NCBI GenBank assembly: GCA_046563655.1
Contig: CM102286.1
Coordinates: 2,666,001 to 2,730,000 of the forward strand
DNA length: 64,000 bases
Direction: 5' to 3'
DNA from: Yuukianura sp. NJ FZ-2021
Lineage: Eukaryota
Part shown: positions 47,801 through 60,068 of the stretch, in pieces
Layout of the letters: each line of letters opens with the position of its first letter
Numbering within the stretch: position 1 is the first letter of the stretch
The notes under the pieces: model-generated
Told to the model about the DNA's origin: nothing
Database searches by the model: none
Seen by the model: only the letters and a program-made list of their open reading frames with translations
Position numbers and translations under genes: made by a program

Positions 47801-50800
47801 CTGGCTTCAAACAACTTTTAGCACCAATCCAATTTAGATTGCATGCAAAAAAAAAATAATTGAAATTAAAAATAAATAATAATTATATATAATTTATAAA
47901 AATAAGTAATAATTATATATAATTTATAAAAATAATTAAAATTGAAAGGCAGATTTACTAGTTTCAAAATTTTTTTAAAACTTCGAGTTATCGGACAACC
48001 TGGTGTAGATAAAGCTTTCTTTTTGTTTACGAACCTTGCTCCGAACAACACTCGCTTGTTATTTTGAAGCATTCTCATAAGTTGCTATTTCTGCAAAAAC
48101 GTATTCCAGCTCAGATAGTACTACTGGGCTGTCAAGTAGTGAACAGAATGCTGTTATGCTAACGTCACGAGGATGACATCGTGACAGACTATGTTTGGTG
48201 GTAATGCTTTGCAGTTATGTTAAAACGAGACTCACTTGACATGTTCAAAGTCAGGGTCCCTTCGTCATACTCTCCCACTGGAATCCATCCATACTTTTGC
48301 TTTTCCTTGTCCAGGGCACGGAAGTGGATGATGTTGTAGCGAGCTGGACCGTCACTGAGAGCATCAAAGTGAAAAGTGTCGTTGCTCAGTCCTGCAAATG
48401 GAAAAATTACATTAGGAATACTCTGTAGTCACGGATATGACAACGTATGGGTCCAAGAAAAGATAGGCGGGGACGTTCAAAATGTGATTTTCAAAATGCT
48501 TCAATCACGAAATCCAGATTCGATTTAGTTTTGACCGGGTCATATGACATGTCGTGGCAGAAACAAATTTCTGGCTTCTGAAATCCCTTGAAAACGCAAC
48601 CTCTCGTAGTAGTGGTTAAGTGCACGCGTCATTTCACTTTAAAAATTAGGTTCGATTTTGTTGTTAAGTTAGTTATGCAGTGGTTTGTTACGTTATGATA
48701 AAGTTAGGTTTCATATCTTCATAGACTTCCCTAATGACACATTCTACATGGAAAGAAGAAGAGCGTCATTCAACCCAAGTCCCGCTCATTTCCTTACAAA
48801 AGTATCTCAGAATCGGCTTAAAAAGTTGCAAGTAAAAAATTAGCCCGAAGTTTAAAGATTTTGAACATCGGTTATTTTACGAACAAGAATTCAAAGGATG
48901 GATTAGTCACTTTGAAATTAAGCCGAGATTTTCAAGGAGTTGTCATTAGGCACCTTGGTCATGTTACTTTGACAAGGTTTTATGTTCTCTTTTTAAAGTT
49001 CCCGCCTCAAGGGGCCACGCGTACTTTTCAAACACTAGGGTCACTCGGGGAGTTTTTGTGACTTACCGACAAATGAGACGTTTTTGAGATAACCGAGTAG
49101 AGTGGTTCCGTCGACAGGCTTCATTTTGCTACAAACTCCCGGGTTTTTCTCTCCACCACAAATGACCTTGTGCATGTCCCTGTGAAAGTTGTGACAAAGA
49201 AAAAAGTTGGAGTTACAGCTAATTCACTCATTTTCTCTTTGATTGAAGTGGAACGACCACTTTTTCAAGAGATACGCTATCCTCTTCGTTTGGAACTAAC
49301 AAAGGGCTCGGGTTTCGTTTTTCAGTTACTTTGAAACGAACTTACTTTCAAATTAGTTCAAATTTCCAACTTTTCTGACTTCAATTTAATAGTTCTCACG
49401 AATCATCAAAACAAGTAAAACGACACTTTTTTTCGGTCAATAATTAGTTTAGTTACATTTTAACAAGTTATTCAGGGCTAAATGTAATGTGATTGTGTAA
49501 ATTTAGTTAACATAGCGTGTCACGTTAAAAGTTAAGTTAGTATGATACGTACTAACATAACATGTAAATTGTACGATATTATTGTTACAATGTATATTTC
49601 AATACATTTACCGCCGGTTTTTTGCAAAGTGACGTTATTTGTCGTTGTAATGTCGAGATAGCGCTGTGGTGAAAGCTGTTGCTGTTGAAATTTCCGCGTA
49701 TATTTTTTTAGGCCAAATCAGTTTTTGGTGGAACTTTGAAAGTGAAAGTGACCCTGATATACTTTTGGCCTACAGCAAATCTCGTAGTGTTTCTTTGAAA
49801 TAGAAAAGACTTTAAGAGAAAATCGTAAAAGGAGGTTTGAATTCGTGCGCGCCTAAGCGTGTGTGCCTTATTTGAAATTCTGGTTGAAAATCCTTTCCTG
49901 GATTTCCTGTTTCAAGAAATGGAGGTTGCGGCCGGAAGCGTAGGGTTTCATGGTTCACAGAGGAATGCTCAGTTACACTAAAATGCTCGGTTAGGCTAAA
50001 ATGTTACGTTAAGCTACAATGTCATGCTAAGGACGGATTTCTTACCGAAGTGCATGTGCTAGAGCCATCACGGCATCAGATACGAACTGCAACTGAGCTT
50101 CAAATTGAGTATTTCCTTCTGTCAGTTTCTCATCTCCGGTACACGTATCGTTGAACGATTTGTGTCGAGCTATCGTTGTATTTGGGAATTTACATTTGAA
50201 ATGGTGTTCCCAGAATTCTGAAACACAAACAACAGTTTTTTTCCATCTTACTTTTTCAATTTTTTTTTGTCTGAAATTGAACGCTTTAGAACGTGAACTG
50301 AAGAGTAAAGCTCCAAAGTCCTATTTGAAGGAAAAATAGGAATTGAACTGAAGAGGTCGAAATCTTTTGTACAAGACGAGTTGCCCAAGTGAGTGTCTGA
50401 TTTTGCCAAAATAAATCTCTGTCGTCATAAATTATTGTGGAAGGGGCGGGACGCTTCTTTCTTCTCAACTTTCTCCATTTTTGCTCTTGCTAGCACTGTT
50501 CAAATGCACTACGTTCACATTCCAGTGGGAAAAGTGCCGTTTGCTCTTGGCTGGTCGAATTGGATTTGAACCAAAAATAAGAGAAAGTGGGACAGATCAG
50601 AAGGAAAATGACAAAGTTCCTATTGGAAGAGTCCTCTCAAGTGAGTCCTCGTAACCACAAAATAAATCAATTAACGCTGCCAGGATTCGACGACGATTTA
50701 TGAATCCCTTATTCTCCATCACCACCGATTCCAAAGTCATTCGACAACACTACTTTACTACCCTAGTCAATACACACTGTCATTAGCACCCGACACATTT

Positions 50801-53800
50801 CCGAATTCTAGATAAACAGGAAAAGCGTGCTTTTCATAAAAAAAAAACCTCGCGAAAACCGCGCGTTTATCATCGCTTTACAAAAAAAGGGCTTTATGGT
50901 GCCAAAAATGAAAAACGAAGCAAAACAAAATGTGATGAAGTAAAAAAAAAGTTAAAAAATATCTGGAAATATTAATGAAGTTGGCCAAGGGGTGGGCAAG
51001 TGAAACCACAAAAAGCTCGATCATAGCCAAGCCTAAGTCTACACACAAAAAAAGACTAAACTTACGCCCATCGTGACCAAAAATATTGAAAACTTTGAAA
51101 AATATTTATGGTTTTGCAAAATAAAATTGATTATTTTAAAGATTTACTTCTTTTTTTTAGAAACTACAGTATCCTTTGAAAATAAATTTTACTTCACTCA
51201 AGCGCTGGATTTTAATAGGTTATTCTAAACCGAATTTTAACTCATTTTTTTTGTATTTTCTTACCTGAGAGATAAAAGAGATAAATTTAAAATAAAATTA
51301 GGTCAATAAAAGTAAGTAGAAAAATTTTCTTTGTCGTTTGCTAAGTTTTTTGAAACTGCTGAATAGAAATTGGAAGGTTAATGGAGCATTGAAGCCGTTA
51401 AGAAAAAAAGAAAGATCAACTGTACTTTTACTCCGTGTCCCACAAGACCACTTTCCTCCGCCTTAAAAAAGTTTAATCTCCATTTTTTAACCGCAGGGAA
51501 CAAAAGCATTAATAGACTCGCTGATAAAAGAAAGCACAAAAAAGCTTTCCGTAAGGATTTCTTGTTCAACGTTTACAAAACGGCTTTCGTTTTCGTTCAT
51601 CCGGAAAAGTTCAAATTTTTAATGGAGTGAACAGAAAGCAGGAAAAGTATTTGCAGTTATTTTCGTTTCAGTTCTCTAGAGAAATCTGGCTAAAGTTTAA
51701 CCCAAATTGAAAAGCAAAACTGCGAGAGAAGAGTTTTTGGGTCAGCTTAAAAACTTTAACTTAATTTGACGTTTGGCGGGGTCATCTTCATCACAAACTA
51801 AACTTTTTGAATTCCCGAGACACTCATTTCCTTTCCGCCCTTGTCGATTAAGTTTCCTCGCTTTCTCAATTTTTAATCTCAACAGTTCCGCTGAGAATTC
51901 AAATTACTTTCTTCAACGCCGTTTTCACTACAGTCAAAAACTGTGCGGGAGAAAGTAGATTTGCGAACGAACCTTAACGCCTATTTCCTTACCGGTTCAA
52001 TTTATATTCCTAAAGGAAAACTAACACAGTAATCACATCAAACTTTCACAAAAAATTTGCTCCGCAAAATTTAGCAGTAATCTTCAACAGGGGCGACTGC
52101 ACGACCTGCCCCAAGGTTCGTATAGCAGCAAAATAGTTTTTTTTTAACAGGTTAAGCAATAAGCCTTGTTTTCAAAAAATCTCGCCCCCCAAACAATTTT
52201 TCCTAAAATTTTCCACTAATACATTTGATAGAACGGCATGGTGAACCAAGTTTTGCTAATTTTTTTTAAATAAAATTTCAAATGTTCGAGTTATTGCCTA
52301 ACCTGTTGAAGAAAAGACTATTTTCTTGTTTACAAACCTTGACCTGCCATAACTTTGTTAACTAAAAAGAGCAGCTAACTTACCAACAAACCAAGGATTT
52401 CTGGTGTTTGTTTTGACATTGAGATTGAAAAAGTACTGGTCAAACCCAACGACTTTGTTGGCTCTAGGTTGGACACTCAAAGTCCCCTCCACTGCCTCTT
52501 CGTTTCCATTGGACACGAGTGTCCGGGAGCTCCATCCGTCGGATCCGATCCAAGTGAAATGACCTGTAGCATTTTGACGTCGCACTGCAGCCATTAGTTC
52601 TTTGACTTCTTGATCGGATCCAAAGATAATCACGCCTGAAAGGAAAAAAGAGACCGGAAATTGATCGCACAAAAGTCCTGCTATTTCTTTTCAAAATCAC
52701 TTTGTCTCTGTCGCAGGAGAAAGAAAGGACGCGTGTCATTACCTCTGCTTTCACCATCAAACTTCTCTCGTCCAATCTAATGACAACCCTAATGAACCTT
52801 CTTTTCATTTTTGAAAACCTTTGTTCCCGCTTCAAATCAAATTTGTTTCAAAAACTTTCACGTCCTCTAGAAACCGAAACTTGTCTTAAACCAACGAAAC
52901 AAACGAGAAATGCCAAAAGCAAGAAATGTTCATTTTCAGATGTTTCACATTTCCGAAGAAGCGTTTCCGCACATCTTCAAATCACTTCTGACAACGTTTA
53001 GAAATGAAAAAATAATTAGCACTTTCCAGTATTTTGAACCATCATTTTGGAAAACTACACTGACTTTTCTTCTGCATCAACTTACAAGGGAACCCCATAA
53101 GGAAAAATTTTGATGGTAATTTCAACTACCAACGCCAAAAAGATATTCCGGGTTGAGATTGGTGGTAGTGAAAAACTCGCACCGTGGTAGTGAAAAACGA
53201 ACTTTTCTCCAGAAATCCGCAACGTAAAACATATTTAGGAGATGATTTCTTTTTGCAGTTATGGAACACGACTGCAATTTTGAAATCAAAATTTTGACGA
53301 AAGGTCAATGGGTTTCTCTAGTTAGTATTCTCGTTAAAGTTATGCTATGCTGAACTGTTTATATGAAAAGTGACAAAATATGAGCTGCTAGCAGCATATA
53401 CCTTTGTCGTCAACGACTGGATTAATGGAGCAAATTTATTATTTTTGGCGGACAAATTTATAACTTTATTATGAGTGATTTGAAAAAGTAATTTTCGCAG
53501 GAAATTGTAAAAGTTGTGGAAAAAGAAGTTTGCGTTTGTTAAAAGTCTTTTCTTGTAAGATAAAAAGTTATCCATCTTTTAGGCTAAAAAGCCAATAATT
53601 GATTTAGAGTGCTTACTTAAGTCACTTTAACGTGCATCTTTAAACATGAAGTTGTGGTAACTTTCTTTTCATTTTCATGTCCAAAAATAAACTGATGAAG
53701 ATTAGAAAAGCTTTTAAAAAAGTTATACTGTCATTTCCAGACGCAAGTTTTCTCAAGAATTTTTTTCTTAAAAACTATCTACAACGCAAGTCACTTTTAA

Positions 53801-56800
53801 ACTTTCTCCTTACAAGATTCTTCGTTTTTTGTTTAAGAAGCGGGAAGAAAAGTTTTCAAAACTGAATTTTTCTTTTCCACAGTAGGTTTGAATTGAATGC
53901 ATAACTTGCAATTTTTCCTGGAAAACTTAAGTTATTAGGTCTCCGATCAATATTTATGTGAAACTTCTACCCTTTCTCTTTGTAAAAACTGCGTTCAATT
54001 TTTTTTTGAAAACAGTAAATCAAAATGGGCGCTTAGGGAATTTATCCTGAGTTCTTATAAGAGAATGAACGAGGCTCGTGTTTTTCAAAAACGAAAATCT
54101 TGTTCATTTTCTTTTCACATGTCATGAAAGAGATTGAATTTGATTTTACTTTAGATTAGATTGGACGGAGATAAAGAATTTAGAATCCTCATCGGACCAA
54201 TCCTGCTGGTCTTTTTCATTTTAAATTCTAAAAATTTGAAAAAATTTATTGCGTTGAACGTAGACATCAGATTCTGCAGGAGTTCGTGTCTCGAGGTGGT
54301 TAAATTTAAGGATTTTCGCACTTTTGTCCAAATTGCTTCTTTTTTGATTCTTTAGCAGATTTTTTTGAGGCTTCAATTTTATTTAAGTTTCGTGAGTGCA
54401 TGTGCACAAGCAGTTGAGAAAATGTTATTTTTATGTCAAGATTTTAAGTTGAGTGACCTTTTGCCCGCGGAGCTGCTTGTATCCCTCTGACAACGTCGTC
54501 GTATGACTTCTGTTCCGCCACTCCGGAGTCCTTGACGAGCATCTCCTTTGCGGCAATACAAATATTTCGTTTTGGCAAAAGCTTTTCCAATTCCTCCAGG
54601 GCCTGAAAATAGTGTAAAAACACAATTTAGATCCCACAGCAGGGGTGGAGACAATACGAACTGCTCAAACTGCGGTGCGCACCAAAGTTGCCGCTGAATC
54701 CCAGCCTGGAGAAAGTCAATATTGACGCTGCTGTGCCTCAATTTAAAGTTGCGCGCCGTTCTCAAGATCTCTTTGGCGCTTAAAATGAAAAAGGTCTGTC
54801 AAGTCAATTTTAAAAGACGGAAAAGTCCGTATGACAAGGAGATCGCAATTCCGGTGGGAACATAAATTCACTACTTTCCCACCTCCTTTTCTTCATTTTA
54901 AACTTGCTTTCCCCATTTCACAGAAAAGAAGAGGAGGAGACACTTTTCGAAAAATACAGTTTCCAAAAAAGCATAAAGTTTCAGTTTTCGCTGGAATAAA
55001 GCCCAAACGCAGAGGTGGGAGCCTAAATCAGCTGAAATGAAAGAGCGCGACGGTTTGAAACGCATTTTCGGTTGGCCTGTTCTGCCATTTTCCAGTTGGA
55101 AAATGAAGAATTTGAAGAAAAAGAATGAAAAAAGGAGAATTAGGATTTAAGTGTGCAGAAAATATGGCTGCGATCCAAATCTCTTGGCGAGGTCAACTCC
55201 GTAGAAGAGTTCAGTACTGTTGAACCAAAAAAAAATGAGATCAGTTGACAAGCTGCTTCAGTTCTGGCGGGAAAGAAGATGAAACCAGTGAGCGGGAAAA
55301 GCTGAACAAGAAAAGGCGGGAAACAAAGGAAGATTCAAAAAAGAAGAGGAAAAGATCTCATAAAAGCCGAAAGTCTATGAGCTTTGTCAATGAGACACTA
55401 GCGTAAGGAAGGGATTAAAAGAAAATCAAGATAGTTTTTTTGAAAAGGCGCTTTCACTTTTGTGTTGATGAAGCTTAGAACTTGACGTGTGAAAGCGCGG
55501 CAATTTTTGAAAGTGATTGATTAGACAACTGCCATGTTGTTAAGAAGTGAAGAAGCATCTGGCAGTTTAAGCTTCAAGAAGAGAAAGCTTATACTGTCTA
55601 TCGATCTCTGATTAAATCTGATAGCTTCAAAATCCGATCTCATCACTTTAGACCAACATTTTTTTGGTGCTTTTAAAATTTCGGTGCAAAGTTCTAAAGC
55701 TTTTAGAAAGCCAACGTAAAAACAAATAAAATTGAGTAACTGAAACTCCTATGGCATTCCGTTCTTTTTTAAAAATGCAGACAATGAAAGACGTTCCCGC
55801 GCTTTTATTATTATTACCCGCCTCTGCCAAATTCTTAATTTGGCAGTAGAACGTTAGATAAATTTTGCCAGAAGGCTTCTTTTAAATAGTTTATGAAATA
55901 ACATTTGGAAAGTTCATAGTTCATCATTAGTTTCTCTTCAACAGTTTGGAATTATGAACTCACTTTTTACTTAAAATCAAGAAAAAAGAATGTTTTAACT
56001 CAAAAATTTTTACCTTCGAGGTTTTTTTAGGACTCAGTTTTTACTTTAGGGTTAACGGCCCATCTCATTCTATTTGTCAATAATAAAAACTGAGTTATGG
56101 ATTTTACATTTTGCCAAATCTCGCAAATCGCGTTTCGCGCATCTTCGCACTCTGAGTAAATCTCTTGCTTTTTTGAAACTACGGTAGCATGTGTGAGTGA
56201 ACCTTTTGTAGTATAGAGATCAATCGATCTGGAAAGAAGTGATTTTTTGCATCATAAATTTTTGAAATCTAGTTTTACCTTAGTGCCGTAGTTTGACTCT
56301 TCGTAGATGATTGAAATGTACTTCCACCCAAATCTGTCAATGATGTCAAACATCACTTGAACCTGGTTCTTGTCTGATGGAATGGTGCGTGCAAAAAAGT
56401 CATAGCGTTGCTTGTTACTCAATTCCGGACTCGTCGAGAAAAATGACACCTAGAACCAGTAAAAATTTTGAACACATTTGCTTTTCTTCACAAAGAACAA
56501 AGGAAAAGAGAAGGTTTTGCATAACTTTTGTTAGAAATTTTCAAACTATTCACCAGATTCTTAAGCTGGGTGCTTCAGTTACTCTCATTATGCAAAATGC
56601 TCATCATCCAGCTTTTGTAAAGTTTGAAAATTTGAAAATCACCCGCCATTTCTTCTTACCTGTGGAATTTTGAAAAGCCTAAGAAGATTGGCCACTTGAA
56701 TGGACGTGACTGACGAAGAGGCTCCAACTACTCCCGAAATTACTTTGTTCTTTTTCACAGAATCGTTTGCACAACGGCCCACGTCCACATCGTCAATGTT

Positions 56801-56811
56801 ACTAATGGAAC
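38817..56811 (-). CDS. mtt: Class C GPCR, metabotropic glutamate receptor-like mangetout/mXR type; 5'-partial, at least 15 exons
   Basis: Exons near 56660-56811 (GVVGASSSVTSIQVANLLRLFKIPQ), 56280-56450, 54460-54602, 52383-52636 (GVIIFGSDQEV..WIGSDGW..NPWFV), 50046-50217, 49066-49179, 48236-48391, 46321-46457 and 45459-45572 (Cys-rich domain), 43269-43449, 42031-42224 (LTKTNRIARIF), 40486-40770 (KIPEAFNESKYIGFTMYTTC), 39709-39747, 39364-39634, 38817-39235 (stop). Motifs recalled as typical of insect mXR. Confidence 0.88.
42258..42496. mobile_element. MITE, CAAGG...CCTTG family (subtype GGTTGTCCAATAAC)
   Basis: CAAGGTT...CAGGTTGTCCAATAACTC / GAGTTATTGGACAACCTG...AACCTTG; flanks CGCAAAAT / CTTAAAAT (6/8). 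Confidence 0.75.
43732..43992. mobile_element. Degenerate MITE, CAAGG...CCTTG family
   Basis: CAAGGTT...ACAGGTTGGGCAATA and CCCAACCTGTT...AACCTTG; no clear target-site duplication. Confidence 0.6.
46159..46272. repeat. Small inverted repeat / MITE-like element
   Basis: GGATTTC..GTTGAAACGGCCC pairs with GGGCCGTTTCAAC..GAAATCC around a ~55-bp spacer. Confidence 0.5.
47735..48038. mobile_element. MITE, CAAGG...CCTTG family (subtype GGTTGTCCAATAAC)
   Basis: TIRs as at 42258; exact 8-bp target-site duplication CTCCGAAC on both sides; contains an internal ~30-bp AT-rich tandem duplication (~47867-47935). Confidence 0.85.
52112..52341. mobile_element. MITE, CAAGG...CCTTG family (subtype GGTTAGGCAATAA)
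   Basis: TIR cores AACAGGTTAAGCAATAA / TTATTGCCTAACCTGTT; flanks ACCTGCCC / ACCTGCCA (7/8). Confidence 0.82.
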
Positions 56812-59786
56812 CTTTTGAAACAGAAAAGAAGTCATTTCAGCTTAAAATTTATGACGAGAGAATTTTGATGATTTCTTCTTTGGAATTTTCAAATTTCAAG
56901 TTTTATGGTTGAATAGTTTGCGTACGGTTGACTTAAAATCGCCTCATCGCACAAGGTTCATTATTTTCAAAAAACATTTTTTTGAATAGAGGCATAATCA
57001 GAAGAAAATTTTAATTTGGGTGAAAGCAAAATGAATAGGAGATGCGAAATGGAAATTCTTTTGAGACTTTTTTGCTTTTAAAATTTCAAAAGTATCTACC
57101 ATGACTCCTGCTAATAATAGCCACCAGTTATTTTTCTTCCTCACTCAAAATTTTACGCTAATTGAGCTTTTCAAAAATTCAATTCCTTAGAGGGCTTTGT
57201 ACAAAGAGCTCTTGAGAGGATTCAAAATGAGCTCTTGCTGTTTTTCGAAATTTATGACATCATAACTACTGTTGCCTGTCACCCACTTGCCCCCTCCACG
57301 GACGCCTCTACACAGTTCAAACCGGGAAATTAGATTTTGAAAATCTGAAGAGAGAAAGCAGTGGGAGAGCAACGCAGTAACAAATGTAACTAACCACCAC
57401 GCCTTGTTAATTTTTCCAACTCATGGTCGTTACCGTAACTTTCACTCGTTCCACTCCAAACTACAAAACAAACTGCACGCTAACCAATTCCAATCACATA
57501 CTTACACATACGGTAGTAAAAAAACGCTTTCTTTTCAAAAAAAAAGTTACAAAAAAGAAAGAATTCCGAAATGATTTCTCTACATACCAAAGTAAAGTCA
57601 TTCATTCTGCAATAAAAAAAAACACCAAAATTTCACCAAAGTAATGTTTTTTCTGTTTTAACTTCCTACGGCAATTTTAGTCTTTAGGATTCTTGTTTTG
57701 TAAGCAACTTACGGATAAAAATCGGATAAAAACTTGGCAATTTGCAGCTAAATGCACAACTTTTTTTTTTTTTTTTTTAAATTTTTGGTTTAAACCACAA
57801 AAACATAGCTTAAACCAAAAACCATTCAACCCTGCTTGAGAGTGAAAGTTAATTTTCTCCTGCCTATGCTTCAATACGGTATGTCTGTTCCCGAAGTTTT
57901 AAATTAAACTTCGAAATGTCGAAATTTTTGAAATCTTGAAAAAAAAACTTTCGAGTATGACTAGACCAGTCTAGTCGACGACCTCCAAAATTTCAAGTTT
58001 TTTACACCTTTTTGTAACAATAAAGTTAGAATCGAATCCTCAAACTTTCTCTTTCCAACTCCTTCTGTGAAATAAAGATGAAAGAGCAGCAGGTACCTGC
58101 TATAGAATGGAAAGGACTTTTTCAAAAACTTGAAAACTTTTTTCTTTTCAAGAACAAGGACTAGGCGGATAGTAATCATATTTTTTGAAAAGTTCAGAGC
58201 TTTCCTATTGCGTTTTGAACCCGTCATTTACTTGGCACCGTTCCCAGCATCCTATTCTTTTGATTTGATTTGATGCTTCCCGCTCTCTTTTGCTTTCACG
58301 GCAACACCATTACCACCTTAGCATGAATTCCACCTTTACACTAACCGGTGACAAAAGAAGATCCATTTTCCTACTATACTGAAACGACTATAAGCCATTA
58401 TACTATATAAAAATACTATAAGTCAAAAGACTATAAGGCTCTCGGCTCTTGGGAAAACCACTTTCACCGAAACCCAAAGAACAATGGAATTTTTTTAGTC
58501 TTTTTACGGTAAAATTTTTCACTTTATGAAATGCTGCTGCGCCTACGTTAACATAGAGCACTTTTGGATATTAAGTAGGGCGAGACACAAAATGTAAAAA
58601 GTGTCATAAGCAGAAAGTGCAATGTTGCAGTTCACCATCTGCTTTCACTTGAGTAATGTTCCAGTTCTACAAGCAACACAAAAGTACAAAGCTGTCAGTA
58701 TTTTCAAAAGTTTGGTTCAAACTCCCGCCATTGAAGACTGAGGTTTAACAATGGTTCACGACGGTACATAATAGCTTGTGACTCGCATCCATGCACCGGG
58801 GAGTCGTAAAAGCTTGACCACAACCGTCCATCACCAAACTTTTTTTTTCTTATTGTTAGTTCAACTAGTGTTCACCGAACCGGCGCAGAAGTTCAAACAC
58901 CAAAAGTCAATGGGAATGCAACTTTCTTCGTCAAAAGGAAAATGACTTTCCTTTCCTTGGTCAACTTTTAGTGTCGGAAATTTCCTGGTCGAGTCTCTAG
59001 GGATGGAATTTATGAAGGTTTTGTGACTGCCGCCCATTTGTAATTACGTTAATACTTCAAAGCCCCTTTCGCGTCCCCAGGCTCAATCACTTTCGTTTTT
59101 CTCCGTGTTCACTCAAGAGAAAGTTCTAGAAGGCCCTTCACATCCAGCCAAAAGTGTATGTTCTCATATGTCACAAAATGTGCGTGCAGTCCATGACACA
59201 CAAAAAGAGAAAAATAAAATCGATTCTCATCCACGGAATGTTAGGCTAGGTTCCAAATTGACTTTTTCCTATTGCCAAATTCAAACAAAAAGAAAGACAT
59301 TTTAAAGTCACAAATTTGAAAAGCAAATTAAAGCCCTTAATATGCATATCACTCCCTAAAATTCCAGCCAAAATTTTGAAAAACACGTTTATCGAAAATT
59401 TGCCATTTTTTGATATATTTGTTAAGAAAACCAATACCAAGAGAATTTAAACATTTTGCCAATAGCCAAGGGACAATTTGAGCCTATTGGAAAACGAAAA
59501 TTGGGGTCAAAAAGTCAACTGAGACGGGTTTAAGTATAACCAAGCCCGAAATGAATAAAGTGTTTTCGGTTAGGTGTGCTTGTTCTCATTTTACTTTATA
59601 ATAAATGGGTTCTCCTCGACGCGCAACACGCCCCGATGTCAAACAATTCCACACTGCTATGCTTTCTGTTCAAGAGAAAGTCCTGTTTTTCCCAAGCCGG
59701 AAAAACTAAGAGGTTTTGTCCAGCCCATATCGTGTGACAGATGACGGTCATGAGTTAGCTTACTATTTTCACAAAACCGGTAAAAG

Positions 59787-60068
59787 CAAGGTTTCTATAG
59801 CCACAAAATAGACTCAATAGGTTAGGCAATAAGTGCCACTTTCAAAAAATCTCTCCCCAAACTTTTTTTCTCACCCAAGTTTTATTGCAAAAATGTAAAA
59901 AGTTTCACCAAATTGAACGTTCAGAATGAATAAAAAAATTTGGTTTAAAAAAATTGCCAAGGAAACGACAGTTGCCTTGGCTGTCTTTCTATTTTTGGGG
60001 GAAAAATTAGAAAGCGACTTATTGCCTAACCTGTTAAAGAAAAACTATTTTCTTGTTAACAAACCTTG
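59787..60068. mobile_element. MITE, CAAGG...CCTTG family (subtype GGTTAGGCAATAA)
   Basis: TIR cores AGGTTAGGCAATAA / TTATTGCCTAACCT; exact 8-bp target-site duplication GGTAAAAG. Confidence 0.85.
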
